Assembly (NCBI GenBank): GCA_964423315.1
Contig: CAYREO010000012.1
Coordinates: forward strand, 15,534 to 79,533
Source: an uncultured Eubacteriales bacterium
Lineage (GTDB): Bacteria > Acidobacteriota > Aminicenantia > Aminicenantales > Saccharicenantaceae
Direction of reading: 5' to 3'
Length of the DNA stretch: 64,000 bases
Part shown: positions 20,054 to 29,281 of the stretch, one piece after another
Position numbering within the stretch: position 1 is the first letter of the stretch
Layout: every line of letters begins with the position of its first letter
The notes under the pieces: generated by a model
Seen by the model: the letters and a program-made list of their open reading frames with translations, nothing else
Told to the model about the DNA's origin: nothing
The model's database searches: none
Translations under genes and position numbers: made by a program

Positions 20054-22036
20054 TTAGAAGCGCAACGAGAATCCGCCCTGGACCGTCAAGCCCGAGAAAT
20101 CGAGACGGACGGGCGGGTCGCCGGGCATGAAGAACGAAACGCCGAAGCCGTCCATCGTGGCCCCTCGATAACCGCCGAGGAGGCTCAGCGAGAGGCCGGC
20201 GCCCAGCTCGACCTCGAGCCCGGCGGCGGCGCTCCAGCCGACGGCGCCGTCACGCCCCGTGGTCACGAAGCCGTTCTCGGTCTCCGCATAGCGTGCGACG
20301 CAGTAGGACACCCCGGCCCTGGCCGCGAGGCGCACGGCGGGCAGCAGCTCCGGGGTGCGGGCGGCGAGATACACCCCGAACGCGTTGAGCGAGTGAGAGG
20401 AAACGTAGCTTCCCCCCGATAGATCCAACGTTCCCGAGACGCGCGCCGAGGTCCTCTCGAAGCTCACCCCTGCCTCGAGAGCCGGCGAGATGCGGTACCC
20501 GACGGCGGCCCCGAAGCCGTGCTCCCAGCCGAATAGCGGCACGTCGCCGTCCCAGGCCGCGTTGAGATAGTCGAGGTAGCCGTTGAGCGCGCTCATCGAG
20601 GGCGAGGCCCCCACGTAATACGTCGTCAGCGAGAAGTTCCGTCCGCCGGGCGAGGCGCCGCCCTCTCCGCGGCCCGGCCGGGGCCCGGAGGGCCCGCCGG
20701 GCGCCCCTCCGGAGGAAATCGAGAACTTCGCGACCTCCTTATCGCCTTTCTTGCGCAGCTCCTCGGCCTGCTGGAGCGGCGGGGCGGGCCACTTCGCGCC
20801 CTTGGCCTTCTTGATGATCCCGTCGACGGTCTTCCGTTCCGGAGGCGTTTTCAGCTCGCAGGCGGCCCACCGGTTCCAGAGATCGAGATAAGATTCGAGG
20901 CCCTTGAGCAGCAGCTCCTGGCGCTGGACCTCCTCGCCGACCGCCTTGGTGAAATTCGAAATGGCCACGAACAGGGCGTCGATGGCCTTGCGGTCCTCGG
21001 GCGAGGCCGTGGCCTTGAGATGGTCCTTGAGGAAGCCGGCCATGAGGCCTTGCATGCGGCGGCCCGACTCCTCGATCTCCCGCATCCGCAGCCGGATGAG
21101 GGCGATATAGGCCTTGATCCTGGCCTTGACGGCCTCGAGCTCGTCCTTGTCGGCCTGGCTCAGCGGTTTGGGCTTCTTGCGGAGCTTCTCGAGCTCCTTG
21201 AGGAGATCGTCGATCCGCTTCCAGCTGGCGAAGATGTCGTTGACGGCCCAGTTGTAGAAGCGGCCGTGGTAGCCGATCTCGGCCATGTAGGCCCGCAGCT
21301 CGTCCCACTGGACGGCGAGCTTGCAGGCCTTGTACTGTTCCTGGATGGCCGCGACCTTGCCCGGGTCGTCCATCATGGCATGTGTGCCCTCGTGGATGAG
21401 GGCCCCGGCGAACATGTGAGTGCCTTCCTCGCGCAGCTCTTTGAGCAGCCGGTCGAAGAGGTCGCCGCCGATCATCCGACGGAGCTTCTCCTTCGAATCC
21501 TCGTCGCGGAAGTAGGGCTCGAGAGCGCCGAGCTTGCGGGAGAACGAGGCGGCCCTGTCCGGGTCATTGGCCAGCAGGCCCTGATAGGCGGCGACAACGC
21601 CTTCCCGGGTGAACGTTCCCCGGTTCTGGACGCAGGTCCGCAGGTAAGCGGAGTCGAAGATCTCGATCTCCTGGAAGCCGCGCGGGTTGAAAAAGTGGGT
21701 CAAGAAATACTGCTGGGAGGTCGTGAAATAGGCGGCCTGGGGGAAGTATTGCCCGGCCCTCTCCCAGGGCCGCTGGAAGCCCGCGGCCTTCCAGCCCGCT
21801 TCCGTCATGAGACCCGTCGTCAGGCTCTTCGAGTCGAGGACGGTCTGGATGATCTCGCGCCGCGGATCGTTCGCGGGGACGGCGTCGAAGCGCGTCCTCA
21901 CGGGCGGATCGGGTTCTTTCTCCTGCGTGGGCGTCGCGGGGCGGGAGGCCGTCTGCTGGGCGGCCGCAAGCGACGGCAGGGCCGTCGAGGCAAGCGAAAG
22001 GACGATGAGGATCAGAAGGACGCGCGAGGCTTTCAT
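20054..22036 (-). CDS. Hypothetical exported protein: HExxH domain, coiled coil, C-terminal beta-barrel
   Basis: Start MKASRVLLIL at 22036 with GGAGG RBS; LIHEGTH...DELRAY; Gly/Pro linker; alternating beta strands ending in F. Confidence 0.7.
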   Translation of the reverse strand: MKASRVLLILIVLSLASTALPSLAAAQQTASRPATPTQEKEPDPPVRTRFDAVPANDPRREIIQTVLDSKSLTTGLMTEAGWKAAGFQRPWERAGQYFPQAAYFTTSQQYFLTHFFNPRGFQEIEIFDSAYLRTCVQNRGTFTREGVVAAYQGLLANDPDRAASFSRKLGALEPYFRDEDSKEKLRRMIGGDLFDRLLKELREEGTHMFAGALIHEGTHAMMDDPGKVAAIQEQYKACKLAVQWDELRAYMAEIGYHGRFYNWAVNDIFASWKRIDDLLKELEKLRKKPKPLSQADKDELEAVKARIKAYIALIRLRMREIEESGRRMQGLMAGFLKDHLKATASPEDRKAIDALFVAISNFTKAVGEEVQRQELLLKGLESYLDLWNRWAACELKTPPERKTVDGIIKKAKGAKWPAPPLQQAEELRKKGDKEVAKFSISSGGAPGGPSGPRPGRGEGGASPGGRNFSLTTYYVGASPSMSALNGYLDYLNAAWDGDVPLFGWEHGFGAAVGYRISPALEAGVSFERTSARVSGTLDLSGGSYVSSHSLNAFGVYLAARTPELLPAVRLAARAGVSYCVARYAETENGFVTTGRDGAVGWSAAAGLEVELGAGLSLSLLGGYRGATMDGFGVSFFMPGDPPVRLDFSGLTVQGGFSLRF

Positions 22037-22188
22037 GGTTTTGGAACCTCCAGGAGGCGGTGCGGCCAGAGCCTTGCGGATGGGTGGGACCGTGCTCATA
22101 ACCTTGGCCAGACTATATTCTGAGGATCGCGCGCTTGTCAACCTCCCGCATTGCCTCATGTCCATGGTAACCCAATCCTGAATTTAGG

Positions 22189-22385
22189 AAGGGCCACCTG
22201 CTCGACGAATACCGCCGCAACACCCGCCAGGACCGGCAAGCACGCCATCCGCAAGATCCAGCGCCTGGCCTTTGGGCCGGAGCGGCCTCGGCGGAGGCGC
22301 CGAACCCCCAAGCGCGGGCGGGACGTTCAGGCCGCCTTACACCGGGTCTGGGTGATGTTCGGCCAGCCCTGCGGCCAACGCCTCC
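22189..22385 (+). pseudogene. Frameshifted N-terminal fragment of an IS transposase (integrase-core type)
   Basis: KGHLLDEYRRNT then +1 shift to KHAIRKI...ALHRVWVMFGQPCGQRL, matching from memory the LDEF..NTG..RK.AIR / W.....CGKRL pattern of ISNCY-like transposases. Confidence 0.55.
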
Positions 22386-22455
22386 GGCAGGGGCTTGACA
22401 GGCTCCGGCGCTTAAAGAATAATACCCCCATCAGCCAACGATTAAGGAGGACATC

Positions 22456-23310
22456 GTGACCGAACGCGCATCTCTCGTCCCCGTCCGAACGGCGTTCGTC
22501 CTGGGGCTTTTCGTTCTGGGTCTCACCCTCATCGCCCCCGCCGCGGCCCTCGGCCAGGATGTCGAAGGGGCCAAGGACCATCCCCTCGTCTCCCGCCTCC
22601 AGGACTTCTACATCTCCGAGTACGAGGAATTCGAGTTCGACGAGCACGCGTTCTACGACGCCGCCGACAGGGAATACGTCATCAAAGGCCGCAAGTGGAT
22701 CATCGGCTACAACCTCAAGGACGGCGCCCGGTCCCCCGGCCAGGCCAAGGTCCGCGAGAACTACCTCAACGCCATCCGCAAGATCGGCGGGGAGATCCTC
22801 TACGAGCGCGGCACGATGAAGGTCGTCCGCGACGACAAGGAGGTCTGGATCGACCTCTGGGTCACCTCGGACGGCGAGGGCTACCGCCTGACGATCGTCG
22901 AAAAGGCGATCATGAAGCAGGAGGTCGTGGCCGACCCCAAAGCCCTGGCCGGCGATATCCGCGAGAAGGGCCGGGCCGCCGTCTACGGCATCTACTTCGA
23001 CACGGACAGCGCCGTTATCAAGCCCGAGTCCGAGCCGACCCTGAAGGCCATCGCCGACATGCTCAAGGCCGACGGGGCCCTCAAGCTCTACGTCGTCGGC
23101 CACACCGACTGGACCGGCAAGCTCGACCACAACATGGAGCTGTCCGGCAAGAGGGCCCAAAGCGTCGTCGAGGCCCTCGTCGCGAAGCACGGCATCGCCG
23201 CCGGGCGGCTGGCCGCCAAGGGCGTCGGCCCGCTGGCCCCGGTCGCCGCCAACACGACCGAAGAAGGCCGCAAGCTCAACCGCCGGGTCGAGCTCGTGGC
23301 CATGCAATAA
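22456..23310 (+). CDS. OmpA-family peptidoglycan-binding protein with DUF4892-like N-domain
   Basis: KDHPLVSR N-domain; YGIYFDTDSA, VGHTD, NMELSGKRAQSV, NRRVEL; upstream TTGACA-N17-AATAAT at 22395-22423. Confidence 0.9.
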   Translation: MTERASLVPVRTAFVLGLFVLGLTLIAPAAALGQDVEGAKDHPLVSRLQDFYISEYEEFEFDEHAFYDAADREYVIKGRKWIIGYNLKDGARSPGQAKVRENYLNAIRKIGGEILYERGTMKVVRDDKEVWIDLWVTSDGEGYRLTIVEKAIMKQEVVADPKALAGDIREKGRAAVYGIYFDTDSAVIKPESEPTLKAIADMLKADGALKLYVVGHTDWTGKLDHNMELSGKRAQSVVEALVAKHGIAAGRLAAKGVGPLAPVAANTTEEGRKLNRRVELVAMQ

Positions 23311-23345
23311 TCCGCCGTAATCTCTGGTTTCAAAGGAGGAACCGC

Positions 23346-24107
23346 ATGAGGATCACAAGAATGAAGCTGGCGGCCGTGGCCGTCGCCCTGACGCTTTTCG
23401 CCGGGACGGCCCTCGGCGCCGAGATCTACGTCAAGCAGACCCGCAAGACCGACCCGTTCACGATGATGGGCCAGACCCAGCCCGAAAAGGTCGAGACCAT
23501 GGTCAGCTGGTACGGGAAGGACCGCGTCCGGGTCGACACCGGCGAGGAGACCTCGATCATCGTCCTCGGCGACAAGAAGGTCATGTACATGATCAACCAC
23601 GCCGAGATGACCTACGGCGAGATTCCCGTCGGCGCGGACCTCTTCGGGGCCATGGCCGGGGAGGCCGGCGGCGAGGAGGCCCAGAAGGGCATGGAGATGG
23701 CCAAGCAGATGGCCCAGTCGATGATGGGCAGCATGCAGGTCAAGGTTACCCCGACCGCCGAAACGAAGAAGATCAAGAACTGGAACGCCCGCAAGTACCT
23801 CATCGAGATGTCCATGGGCTCGATGATGAAGGCCAACTCCGAGGCCTGGGCCACCGAGGACATCAAGGTCGATCCGCGGCTCTACTACATGGCGGCCAAC
23901 GCGATGATGGCCGGCATGGGCGGGCTCGACACGATCATCCAGGAGATGCAGAAGGTCAAGGGGATGGTCGTCTATCAGGAGACCAAGAGCGAGGCCATGG
24001 GGGCGGCGATGCGGATGGTCGATGAGGTCATCGAAGTCGGCGAGAAAGCCGCCCCCGCCGGCACCTTCGACATCCCCAAGGGCTATAAAAAAGGCAACGC
24101 CTTTTAG
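23346..24107 (+). CDS. DUF4412-like exported protein
   Basis: ATG 23346 after AAGGAGG; signal peptide; TAETKKIKNWNARKY, FDIPKGYKK end. Confidence 0.75.
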   Translation: MRITRMKLAAVAVALTLFAGTALGAEIYVKQTRKTDPFTMMGQTQPEKVETMVSWYGKDRVRVDTGEETSIIVLGDKKVMYMINHAEMTYGEIPVGADLFGAMAGEAGGEEAQKGMEMAKQMAQSMMGSMQVKVTPTAETKKIKNWNARKYLIEMSMGSMMKANSEAWATEDIKVDPRLYYMAANAMMAGMGGLDTIIQEMQKVKGMVVYQETKSEAMGAAMRMVDEVIEVGEKAAPAGTFDIPKGYKKGNAF

Positions 24108-24251
24108 GCTTGCCTGGGCTGGCATAATTTACAGAAAACAGTAAAGTTGCCTTGAAAAAAACCCCGCTTTGGCAGGTTTAGGGAACCGACCCGGGAACCG
24201 GATCCCGTCAGCGGGACTTGAGCGGAGCCGACCGTCTGGGGATCGATACGA

Positions 24252-24494
24252 TCAGGCCAGGTCAGGCTCCTGATCGTCGGTCTCGGGCGTCGTTTCCTCC
24301 GGGGCTTCCCCCTCGGCCGTCTCTCCGGTCTCTCCAGTCTCTCCAGTGCCCTCCGTCATCGGCTCTTCCCCCTCGAGCGGAGGACCGGCCCCCTTCTGAA
24401 GGCGCCTCAGCCGCTTGGCTTCCTGCTTCTTGAGGCGCTTGAGCTCCTTGCTCCTTTTCTCGCTTTTATATGCTTTTCTGCCTCTGGCCACCAA
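24252..24494 (-). CDS. Small hypothetical protein, basic N-half and acidic C-half
   Basis: GGAGG RBS; KSEKRSKELKRLKKQEAKRLRR then GET x3 repeat. Confidence 0.6.
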   Translation of the reverse strand: MVARGRKAYKSEKRSKELKRLKKQEAKRLRRLQKGAGPPLEGEEPMTEGTGETGETGETAEGEAPEETTPETDDQEPDLA

Positions 24495-24624
24495 GCCTCC
24501 TTGCTCTCGGATTCGGCCCCATCATACAAAGAAACGCTCCCGGGTTCAAGCGCCCGCAAAAAACGCCCGCCCGGAGGGTTCGATCCGCACAGGCCTTGTT
24601 GGGCGCCCCTGGCGTGGCCGGCCG

Positions 24625-25041
24625 TCAGAGGTGATAGTCCCCCGCCGCTTCCGGCTGGTAGAGGACCGATTCCACCTTGAGCACGCGCGTCCCGTCGGGG
24701 ACGGCCAGCTCGATCGTGTCGCCCGCCTTGTAGCCGAGCAGGGCCGTCCCGATCGGGGCCAGGACCGAGATCCTGTCCTTGGTGATGTCGGCCTCGTGGG
24801 GGTAGACCAGCGTGTATTCCTTCACCTCGCCCGATTGCATGTCGCGGACGCGGACCTTGGAGTTCATGGTGACGACGTCGGCGGGGATCTCCTCGGGCTT
24901 GACGATGTGGGCCTTCTCCAGTTCTTTGGCCAGGCCGCCCAGGTGTTCCCGGTCGCGCCCGGACTGGAACCCGGGCGACTCCAGGATGGCCCTGAGCCTG
25001 GTCCGGTCGGATTCGGTGATGATGATCTCTGGCCTGTCCAT
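24625..25041 (-). CDS. rnk: Regulator of nucleoside diphosphate kinase (GreA/GreB family)
   Basis: IIITESDRTRL, ADVVTMNSKV, LVYPHEAD, ISVLAPIGTALLG. Confidence 0.92.
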   Translation of the reverse strand: MDRPEIIITESDRTRLRAILESPGFQSGRDREHLGGLAKELEKAHIVKPEEIPADVVTMNSKVRVRDMQSGEVKEYTLVYPHEADITKDRISVLAPIGTALLGYKAGDTIELAVPDGTRVLKVESVLYQPEAAGDYHL

Positions 25042-25259
25042 GATTCCCTCCAGGTTGATCCTCGCGACTCGGGGCCCTTGCCCCGCCGGCCATCCCCTAT
25101 TTTACCGGACTACGCCCGGGATACCAAGGGATTTCGCCCGGCCCTCAGGTCTGTGAGGGGGAGGGGGCAGGGCCGGCCGCGGACGGGCTTCACCGGCCGG
25201 CGGGATTGGATTATAATCTCCTGCAGGATGCTGGACCTGACAGATCGGAGACGCTCGAA

Positions 25260-26936
25260 GTGAGCCGCCCTGAGCGGGGACGGCCGATCTGCGCCGGCGC
25301 GGCCGCATGCGTGACCGCCCCCCTCGCTTGGCTGGCGTCTCTCGCGATCCTCGCGCTCCTCGGTGGGCCGCCTTCCGCCGGGGCGGCGGAGGTGGCCAAG
25401 GGGGGCGTGCCTTTCACGCTGGCCCTGAGATCCTCCGCCGGAGCCGGGATATTCCCGACCGGCCGGGCCGATCCATCCGTTGCCCGCTCCATTCCTCCTT
25501 TCTCCCATATCCCGCCTGCTACGTGCCGTCCGCCGATCGGGGTTTGGGAGGCGGCTCCGTCCTCGGGGGCACGCGCGGGAGGTTCCGCTGTTTTGATCCT
25601 GCCGGGTCTCTCGGATGGGCTGTCGCCTGCGTCGGAGGAGGCCGGGGGCCAGGGGCGCAAGCAACCCTGGCTGGCCGGCGCCGAGGTCGTCGGCTCCAAC
25701 CTGGTTCTTTGGGTGTACAGCCGCTATATCGCCAAAGAGGATTGGGCCTATATCAATTGGCAGACCGTCAAGGCCAACTTCCGCAACGGTTTCCAGTACG
25801 ACGACGACATGTTCTTCACCAACTTTTTCATGCACCCTTATCACGGCAGCCTCTACTACAACGCCGCCCGGTCCCTGAACATGAGCTTCCTGGAGTCATC
25901 ACTCTATACTCTGGGCGGCAGCCTGATGTGGGAACTCTTCATGGAGAACCAATACCCCAGTACGAACGACCTCCTGACGACCGTCGCCGGGGGGGTCTAT
26001 GTCGGGGAGTTCTTCCACCGGATCTCATCGCTCATCCTGGACGAGACGGCGGCCGGCGGGCGGCGGACCTGGCGCCGGATCCTGGCGTTCCTCATCAATC
26101 CCATGCGGGGGGTGAACCGGCTCGCCTTCGGGGAGAAGGTGGGGGCAGGCGGCATCGATCAGCGGGTCAGGGCCCCGCTGGAAGGCCACGTGGCGCTGAC
26201 CGGCAATTTCGTCATCGGGTCCGCGGGATCGTCCTGGAAGGGCGCGGGAACCGCCCTGGAGCTCGATTTCCTGTACGGGGAGCGGTTCTCCTCCGGGGCC
26301 CGGAGAGCGCCCTTCGACCTCATCTTGTTCGATCTGAGGGTCCGTTCGACGGAAAGCCGGGTTCATCTCGACATCGAGTCCCATGCCCTGCTCTGGGGCC
26401 TGGAGCGCCGCAACGGGAAGGGCCGCGGTCATCTCCTGGGTCTTTTCCAGCACTTCGACTACCTGGACAACGAATTGTTCGTTTTCGGCGGGACGTCCCT
26501 GGCCGGCGGAGTGGTCTCGTTCTTTCCGCTGGGCGCGAACCGCAGGCTCGAGCTCCGGACCTCGGCCCAGCTGGGCGCATCGATCATCAGCGCCGCTGAC
26601 AACATCCATTACCCGGAAGCGAGCAGCGAGTTCCATTACGGCATGGGGCCGATGGCCAAATTCGAGGCCCATCTGGCCCACGAGAGATGGGGGTGGCTGT
26701 GCCTGCGGCTCGGCCACCTGAGACACTACGCCATCCAGGGAGTGAATTCCGCGGACCGCGCGAGCTATGATTTTTTCAGCATCCTGAAAGCCCAGTATGG
26801 AGTGGCGGTCCGCAGGGGGGTGGGGTTCCGGGTCGAATATGCCTCCTATTCCCGGAGGAACTCCTTCGAGGGCTTCGAGCGGACGGCATTGTCGCTGTCC
26901 CATCTCGGCCTGTCGCTGATCCTGAGCTTCTCGTGA
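25260..26936 (+). CDS. DUF3943-domain outer-membrane protein (start uncertain)
   Basis: FQYDDDMFFTNFFMHPYHGSLYYNAARS, LMWELFME, PSTNDLLTT, FLINPMRGVNR. Confidence 0.8.
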   Translation: MSRPERGRPICAGAAACVTAPLAWLASLAILALLGGPPSAGAAEVAKGGVPFTLALRSSAGAGIFPTGRADPSVARSIPPFSHIPPATCRPPIGVWEAAPSSGARAGGSAVLILPGLSDGLSPASEEAGGQGRKQPWLAGAEVVGSNLVLWVYSRYIAKEDWAYINWQTVKANFRNGFQYDDDMFFTNFFMHPYHGSLYYNAARSLNMSFLESSLYTLGGSLMWELFMENQYPSTNDLLTTVAGGVYVGEFFHRISSLILDETAAGGRRTWRRILAFLINPMRGVNRLAFGEKVGAGGIDQRVRAPLEGHVALTGNFVIGSAGSSWKGAGTALELDFLYGERFSSGARRAPFDLILFDLRVRSTESRVHLDIESHALLWGLERRNGKGRGHLLGLFQHFDYLDNELFVFGGTSLAGGVVSFFPLGANRRLELRTSAQLGASIISAADNIHYPEASSEFHYGMGPMAKFEAHLAHERWGWLCLRLGHLRHYAIQGVNSADRASYDFFSILKAQYGVAVRRGVGFRVEYASYSRRNSFEGFERTALSLSHLGLSLILSFS

Positions 26937-27035
26937 TCGATAGGCGCCGGCAAAACCGGTTTTTGGTCCAGAAAAAGCCGTTTAAGCCGATCTCGACGGC
27001 TTGGCCGATTTGATATCTTGAGCGATATCAGTGAC

Positions 27036-28400
27036 ATGGAACAGCCAGGGCAGCTGAGGAGGGCGCTGGGCCGATGGGACCTGACGGCCATCGGGGTCAA
27101 CCAGGTCATCGGCAGCGCTATCTTTCTGATGCCGTCGCAGGTTGCGGTCCAGGTCGGCGCCTGGGGACCGTTGGCTTTCCTGGCCGTCGGCTTCGCCTCG
27201 CTGCTCGTGGCCCTCTGCTTCGCCGAGGTCGGCAGCCGGTTCGAGGGGACGGGCGGGCCCTACCTCTACACGCGGGCGGCCTTCGGGCGGTTCGCGGCCT
27301 TCGAGATCGGCTGGATGCAGTGGTTTACGCGCGTCACGAGCTACGCGTCGGTGGCCAACGGCATCGCTCTGGCCCTCGGCTTTTACTGGCCGGCGGTCAA
27401 GGGCGGGTGGACGCGGGCGGCGATGCTGACAGCGCTCATGGGAGCGCTGGCCGTCATCAACGTCCGGGGCATCCGGCAGAGCGCCTGGACGGTCAACATC
27501 CTGACGATCGGCAAGCTCGCTCCGCTCGCGGTGTTCATCGTCGTCGGGCTGTTCTTCGTGGACCCGGGGCGGCTCGGGCCTTTGCCGCCGGTCGACGCCG
27601 GGTCGGCCGCGGCGGCGGCGCTCCTGCTGATCTTCGTGTATGGCGGTTACGATGTGGTCCCGGTGCCGGCGGGAGAGGCCACGGCGCCGCGGCGGCACGT
27701 GCCGTTCGCCCTCGTTTCGACCATCCTCGTCGTGACGGCGGTCATGACGGCGGCCCAGGTCGTGGCCATGGGGACCTTGCCCGGGATCGAGGGGTCGGCG
27801 ACCCCGCTGGCCGACGCGGCGCTTCTGTTCATGGGCGGGGCCGGGGCGCTGATGATCGGTGTCGGGTCGATCGTCTTGATGACCGGCAACAACGCCGGCC
27901 AGGTCCTGACCGGCTCGCGGATGCTGTTCGCCCTGGCCGAGCACGGCGAGCTGCCGGCGTTCGTCGGGCGCGTCCATCCCGTCTATCGGACGCCGGCCAA
28001 CGCCGTGTTGATCACTTCGGCCGTGTCTCTCGCCCTGGCCCTCTCAGGCACGTTCGTCTGGCTGGCCATCGCCAGCGCGGTGTCGCGGCTGCTGACCTAC
28101 ACGGCGTCGTGCGCGGCGACGCTCGTCCTGAGGAGCCCGCGGTTCGAGGGCAAGGTCGCTCCGGCCACGTTCGTCACGCCCCTCGGACCGGTCGTGCCGG
28201 TCCTGGCGCTCGGCGTCTCCGCGGCCGTCCTGGCCGGCGCCACGCTCGCCCAACTGGCCGGCGGACTGGCGGCCCTGGCCGCCGGCGCCCTCCTCTATGC
28301 CTTGAGAAGGGGAAGAAGGGGTCAAACCGGGAAGAAGGGGTCAAATCTCCAATCATTAAATTTTCATCGGCTTCGATGCTGGTTGCTATCGAAAATTTAA
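27036..28400 (+). CDS. APC-family amino acid permease; C-terminus reads into a type A repeat
   Basis: LRRALGRWDL, GVNQVIGSAIF, GGPYLY..AAFG, YRTPANA; stop TAA lies in the right arm of the hairpin. Confidence 0.92.
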   Translation: MEQPGQLRRALGRWDLTAIGVNQVIGSAIFLMPSQVAVQVGAWGPLAFLAVGFASLLVALCFAEVGSRFEGTGGPYLYTRAAFGRFAAFEIGWMQWFTRVTSYASVANGIALALGFYWPAVKGGWTRAAMLTALMGALAVINVRGIRQSAWTVNILTIGKLAPLAVFIVVGLFFVDPGRLGPLPPVDAGSAAAAALLLIFVYGGYDVVPVPAGEATAPRRHVPFALVSTILVVTAVMTAAQVVAMGTLPGIEGSATPLADAALLFMGGAGALMIGVGSIVLMTGNNAGQVLTGSRMLFALAEHGELPAFVGRVHPVYRTPANAVLITSAVSLALALSGTFVWLAIASAVSRLLTYTASCAATLVLRSPRFEGKVAPATFVTPLGPVVPVLALGVSAAVLAGATLAQLAGGLAALAAGALLYALRRGRRGQTGKKGSNLQSLNFHRLRCWLLSKI

Positions 28401-28424
28401 TGATTGGAGATTTGACCCCTTCTT
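28332..28424. repeat. Type A hairpin element, copy 1 (perfect 34-bp arms, 25-nt spacer)
   Basis: AAGAAGGGGTCAAATCTCCAATCATTAAATTTTC at 28332-28365 and its exact reverse complement at 28391-28424. Confidence 0.97.
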
Positions 28425-28563
28425 GGCCCTTCTTGACCGGACCATCCGCATGCCTTGTTCTAAGACGCACAAATCGCGCTGATCTTTTCAAAGTTCAACG
28501 TGCCGGACTCCCCACCGGAGGCATTTGTCAATGCCCGGCCTTCCGCGATATACTGGCGGGCCG

Positions 28564-29085
28564 ATGTATCCGTATCTCCGCGTCGCCCGGATCCTGCTTA
28601 TGGCGGCCTTCAAGCCCCGCGCGGGGCTCGACGATGTGGGCGAACTCACCTTGCGCGTCTGGCCGAGCGACATCGACACCTATCCCGAGATGAACAACGG
28701 CCGCTTCTGGACCATCATGGACCTCGGCCGCTACGACCTGGCCTTCCGGAGCGGCCTCATGCAAATGGCCCAGCGCAAGGGCTGGTTTTTCGTGGTCGCC
28801 GGCGGAAGCATGCGCTACCGGCGCCGTCTGCCGCCCTTCGCCCGATTCACGCTCAGGACCCGGCTCGTCGGCCACGACGGCCGATGGTTCTACTTCGTCC
28901 AGGAGTTCGTGCATCGGGGGCTCGTGGCGGCCCAAGCCGTCATCCGGGCCGGGCTGCGGACCAAGGCCTCGGCTATCCCCTCGACGGCCATCCTTGAGGC
29001 CTTCGGTCGCCCCGATTGGGCCCCCGCGCTCCCCGGCTGGGTCCAGGCCTGGATCGAGGCCGAGGAGGCCCGCCCGCCCCTCTGA
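28564..29085 (+). CDS. Thioesterase-family (hotdog fold) protein
   Basis: RVWPSDIDTYPEMNNGRFWTIMDLGRYDL, YRRRLPPF; start 28564 preferred over 28525. Confidence 0.88.
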   Translation: MYPYLRVARILLMAAFKPRAGLDDVGELTLRVWPSDIDTYPEMNNGRFWTIMDLGRYDLAFRSGLMQMAQRKGWFFVVAGGSMRYRRRLPPFARFTLRTRLVGHDGRWFYFVQEFVHRGLVAAQAVIRAGLRTKASAIPSTAILEAFGRPDWAPALPGWVQAWIEAEEARPPL

Positions 29086-29093
29086 ACGAAGAG

Positions 29094-29181
29094 GGGGTCA
29101 AATCTCCAATCATTAAATTTTCGATAGCAACCAGCATCGAAGCCGATGAAAATTTAATGATTGGAGATTTGACCCCTTCTT
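29094..29181. repeat. Type A hairpin element, copy 2 (spacer is the exact reverse complement of copy 1)
   Basis: Arms 29094-29122 and 29148-29176; spacer GATAGCAACCAGCATCGAAGCCGAT. Confidence 0.97.
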
Positions 29182-29281
29182 GCGGGCCCGCCGCTCCGCC
29201 GTCGGCCCCGATGAGGCATTCCGCGGCGATAACGGCTATAATATCCTTTTACGCATCGTCTCGTTGATGGAGAGCCCGAAC

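Noticed and set aside
24540-24590. tRNA-like GGGTTCGATCC
   Set aside because: No acceptor stem, D arm or anticodon arm could be assembled.
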